64,000 nt of DNA from Hamiltosporidium tvaerminnensis FI-OER-3-3. Lineage: Eukaryota; Fungi; Microsporidia. Shown here one piece after another: positions 61,301-64,000 of this stretch. The translations under genes were made by a program, and so were the position numbers. The stretch is from NCBI GenBank assembly GCA_022605425.2, contig JAKIMF020000001.1, positions 496,001-560,000 of the forward strand, given 5' to 3'. Each line of letters opens with the position of its first letter. Positions within the stretch are counted from its first letter, which is position 1. The notes under the pieces are model-generated. The model saw nothing but the letters and a program-made list of their open reading frames with translations. It was not told the DNA's origin and searched no databases.

Positions 61301-64000
61301 TAAGGAGACCTTTATTGTAATATATATTTATTAAAAAAATAATAGAAATGTTAATTCATAAATCAGAAGAAATGCAAAATGTATTAAAAAACAGTTGAAA
61401 TCGAAAATGAATTCTATTTGATTAGGCTTCCCATTTATTTTCTAAGATATAGCTTTTAAAATCTGACTTTCGTAGAAATATATTTTCACCATTCTTTGAA
61501 GAAAAATAAACTATAAATATAAATTTGGTTAAGCTTAAATAATTTGGCAAGATAATTAACTTATATTTAATTGCTTTTGTACGTATATCAAAGTGTAATG
61601 AAAGGTTGCAGTCGTAAAGCATACCACATTTAATACCAGAAAAATTAATTATAAATAATAATATAAATATTGCCTTATGCTAAATCATGAAACATACCTT
61701 GTTCACTCAAGTTAGAAGACAGGCGCCTAGGGAGTACAAAAAACACACTTTTTAGAACCCGGAAAAAATCAGGTAGTAGATTGTAATAGTTGATATGATA
61801 TCCAAAGGTTTAGATAAAGTGCATGTAACTCGCAGAGGCGTATATTATTTCGAAGTTTATTAGGCTCAAAAAGTGTGGATAAAGTAGGAATACTGGTTTA
61901 TTTAGAAAAAAACTGCGTTTTGTTGGCAAATCACGCGCCAGCAATGCAAATTAACGAACCATGTCCTACTATTCCGATTAAAGAATTGTTTGACATATTA
62001 TTTTGTTGAAAATCTTAGCAAATTACTATTATAGCAGGTAATGACAGTGTGCAGTTATCTATGCCAAACATAGAATTCATCAATATCGAGCAAAAAACTC
62101 TAATTTTTCAATTTTTAAAGAAGTTGATATATATCAAATAAAAATTCTAATTGTTTTATATATGCTTGAAAATAGACAGTATTTAGCTCTAAAGCTTTCT
62201 ATAGTAAAATTAAAATTTAAAATTCAATTTCGGATTTATTGGAGTGATTCATTAAAATTATTTTTGTTTAATTATACAAGGGAATATGCTATACCATCTC
62301 GAATTGATCTTTTATCAACGACTTGAGAATTATTCTTTAAATTTATGTTGATTCATTGATAAGATGTACAATTAACTGAATAATATATTTCTCAAGCGCA
62401 AAAATTAAAAAAAACCTAAGGATACTTTTTTTCGGAACAAATATATAAGTAAAATCAACTTGAACCATGTTTTTTGCTTAGAAATATCCAAAATGTTTAA
62501 ATTTATTAGTTTTTTCTTTCAAAAAATATCAAAGAATTTAAAATGTTTCATTGATAAAATTTTTGAAGCAGAAATGTATAGAATATTTACTTTATATCAA
62601 AAAATATTAAACCAACGAAAATCCATCAAACTTAGAAAATACTTTGAGAATACTCGGAATATCGAAACAGGACAAATGTATTATGCGCTAGAAAAAAGAT
62701 TAATAAAAAAAACAAAAATACTCACTTTAAAACATTACCCATTGGATTATTAAAAACTATTGTTACTTTCTTATGTGTTTTGTTTCCAAGCAAATTCATA
62801 GATTAGCTTACATTCGATAAAATAAATTATAAACTCTTTTATACTTCGAATTGGGTTAATATTGCCAAAAAAAGAGTCTTTTGAGAGAACTATTAGTATT
62901 CCTACCATCAAATTATTAAATTATTTTTGAATCATAAATTATATATGTGCTAAAAATAAAAATATTTCTGTAGTTTTTAAACAACAAATTTCGCAGATAA
63001 GCATAGAAATACTTCTTTAGGAATTTGTAATTTTAATGATACCTATCTTAATTATTATTTTATATACCTTTCTTATATAAAGAAAGTAACCATGTTTCAA
63101 ATGAAATTCTCTGGGTTGTAGGTATTTTTTGAGGTAACCAATGGAGTTTCGAGGAATCAGATATTTATATTAACTTAGATCTCGGTTAATTTTAGAAAAA
63201 AATATAAAGTGTGCTACAGTTTTAAAAGAATGTTGTATTTTTTTAAAAAATGTTATATCATTAACTCTTTATTTTATCGAAATTGGGATCAAAAAATGGC
63301 CCAGTTAGAATATTTTAAAACATATCTTCTTATCTCTTCGTCCTTTGTTATTCACATTCGATAAAATTAAAAAAAAAGAAATGATTGGTTCATAATTAAA
63401 AAAAACTGCATCTAAATTATGATTTATTGGTTAAAATCTCCTTTAAAACTTTATAATCAAATTTAATTTTTAATTTGTGCCGTTTGGCACTGGGGGCTTG
63501 GTCTATACATTAAATTTTATCTTTGATCAAAGGAAACATATTATATTCAATTTCTATTCTATTTTACTTTTATATTTACCATTAAAACAAAATACGTCGT
63601 GCTTAAATATTTTGTAGGTCCGACGCCTCTAGAAATAGATTTCTTTATTAAAAGCGTTAGATACACATTCAAGTTACCTGGTTATTAGCCAGGTTTTTCG
63701 CTATCTTAGTGATACGCGAAGTATATTCAGTTTTGTTTCTAGTTTATTGACAATATAGTATGTTGGCTAATTATCAGCTTTTTAATTTTATATTTCACAA
63801 AAACATCCTTCTGAAAAACAACTAAGTTAACTCTTCTCTATTTCTCTGAAAAGAAGACGATACCAATGATTTCAAAGCTTTTAAAGTTTATTCTATTCTC
63901 GACGTCGCAGATTCTTTTCAATAAAGTTCATGATATTTTCTTACAGGAATTACATAGTGGAAACGGTGTACGTCTCTATATTACAATCTAACGAAATCTT

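Larger units (their letters stand above)
45515..64000 (-). repeat. Right arm of the large inverted segmental duplication (runs off the window)
   Basis: Reverse complement of 944..19442. Confidence 0.97.

Overview
Very AT-rich eukaryotic DNA with low gene density. The short, divergent, intronless housekeeping genes, the CCC motifs just upstream of start codons and the many decayed transposons point to a large-genome microsporidian (Hamiltosporidium-like; inferred, not verified). The window is dominated by an inverted duplication of at least 18.5 kb (944..~19442 versus ~45515..64000) around a ~26 kb single-copy spacer. Each arm carries a dead full-length RTE-type LINE, an orphan ~430-aa gene, TRM112, an SSF1-like Brix gene and CHL1/DDX11. 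The orphan gene is frameshifted in the left arm and CHL1 in the right arm. The orphan gene also has a 90-nt hypervariable patch whose differences are almost all non-synonymous. The spacer holds a Ginger-like integrase DNA transposon, PUF60, a frameshifted RACK1, a signal-anchored USP deubiquitinase, TFIIF-beta, KAE1, a compact U3 snoRNA, a weaker Sm-class snRNA candidate and several retroelement remnants. A 5'-truncated TYW2-like gene opens the window. Single-base indels are frequent between the arms, so some frameshifts, and possibly the duplication itself, could be sequencing or assembly artefacts.
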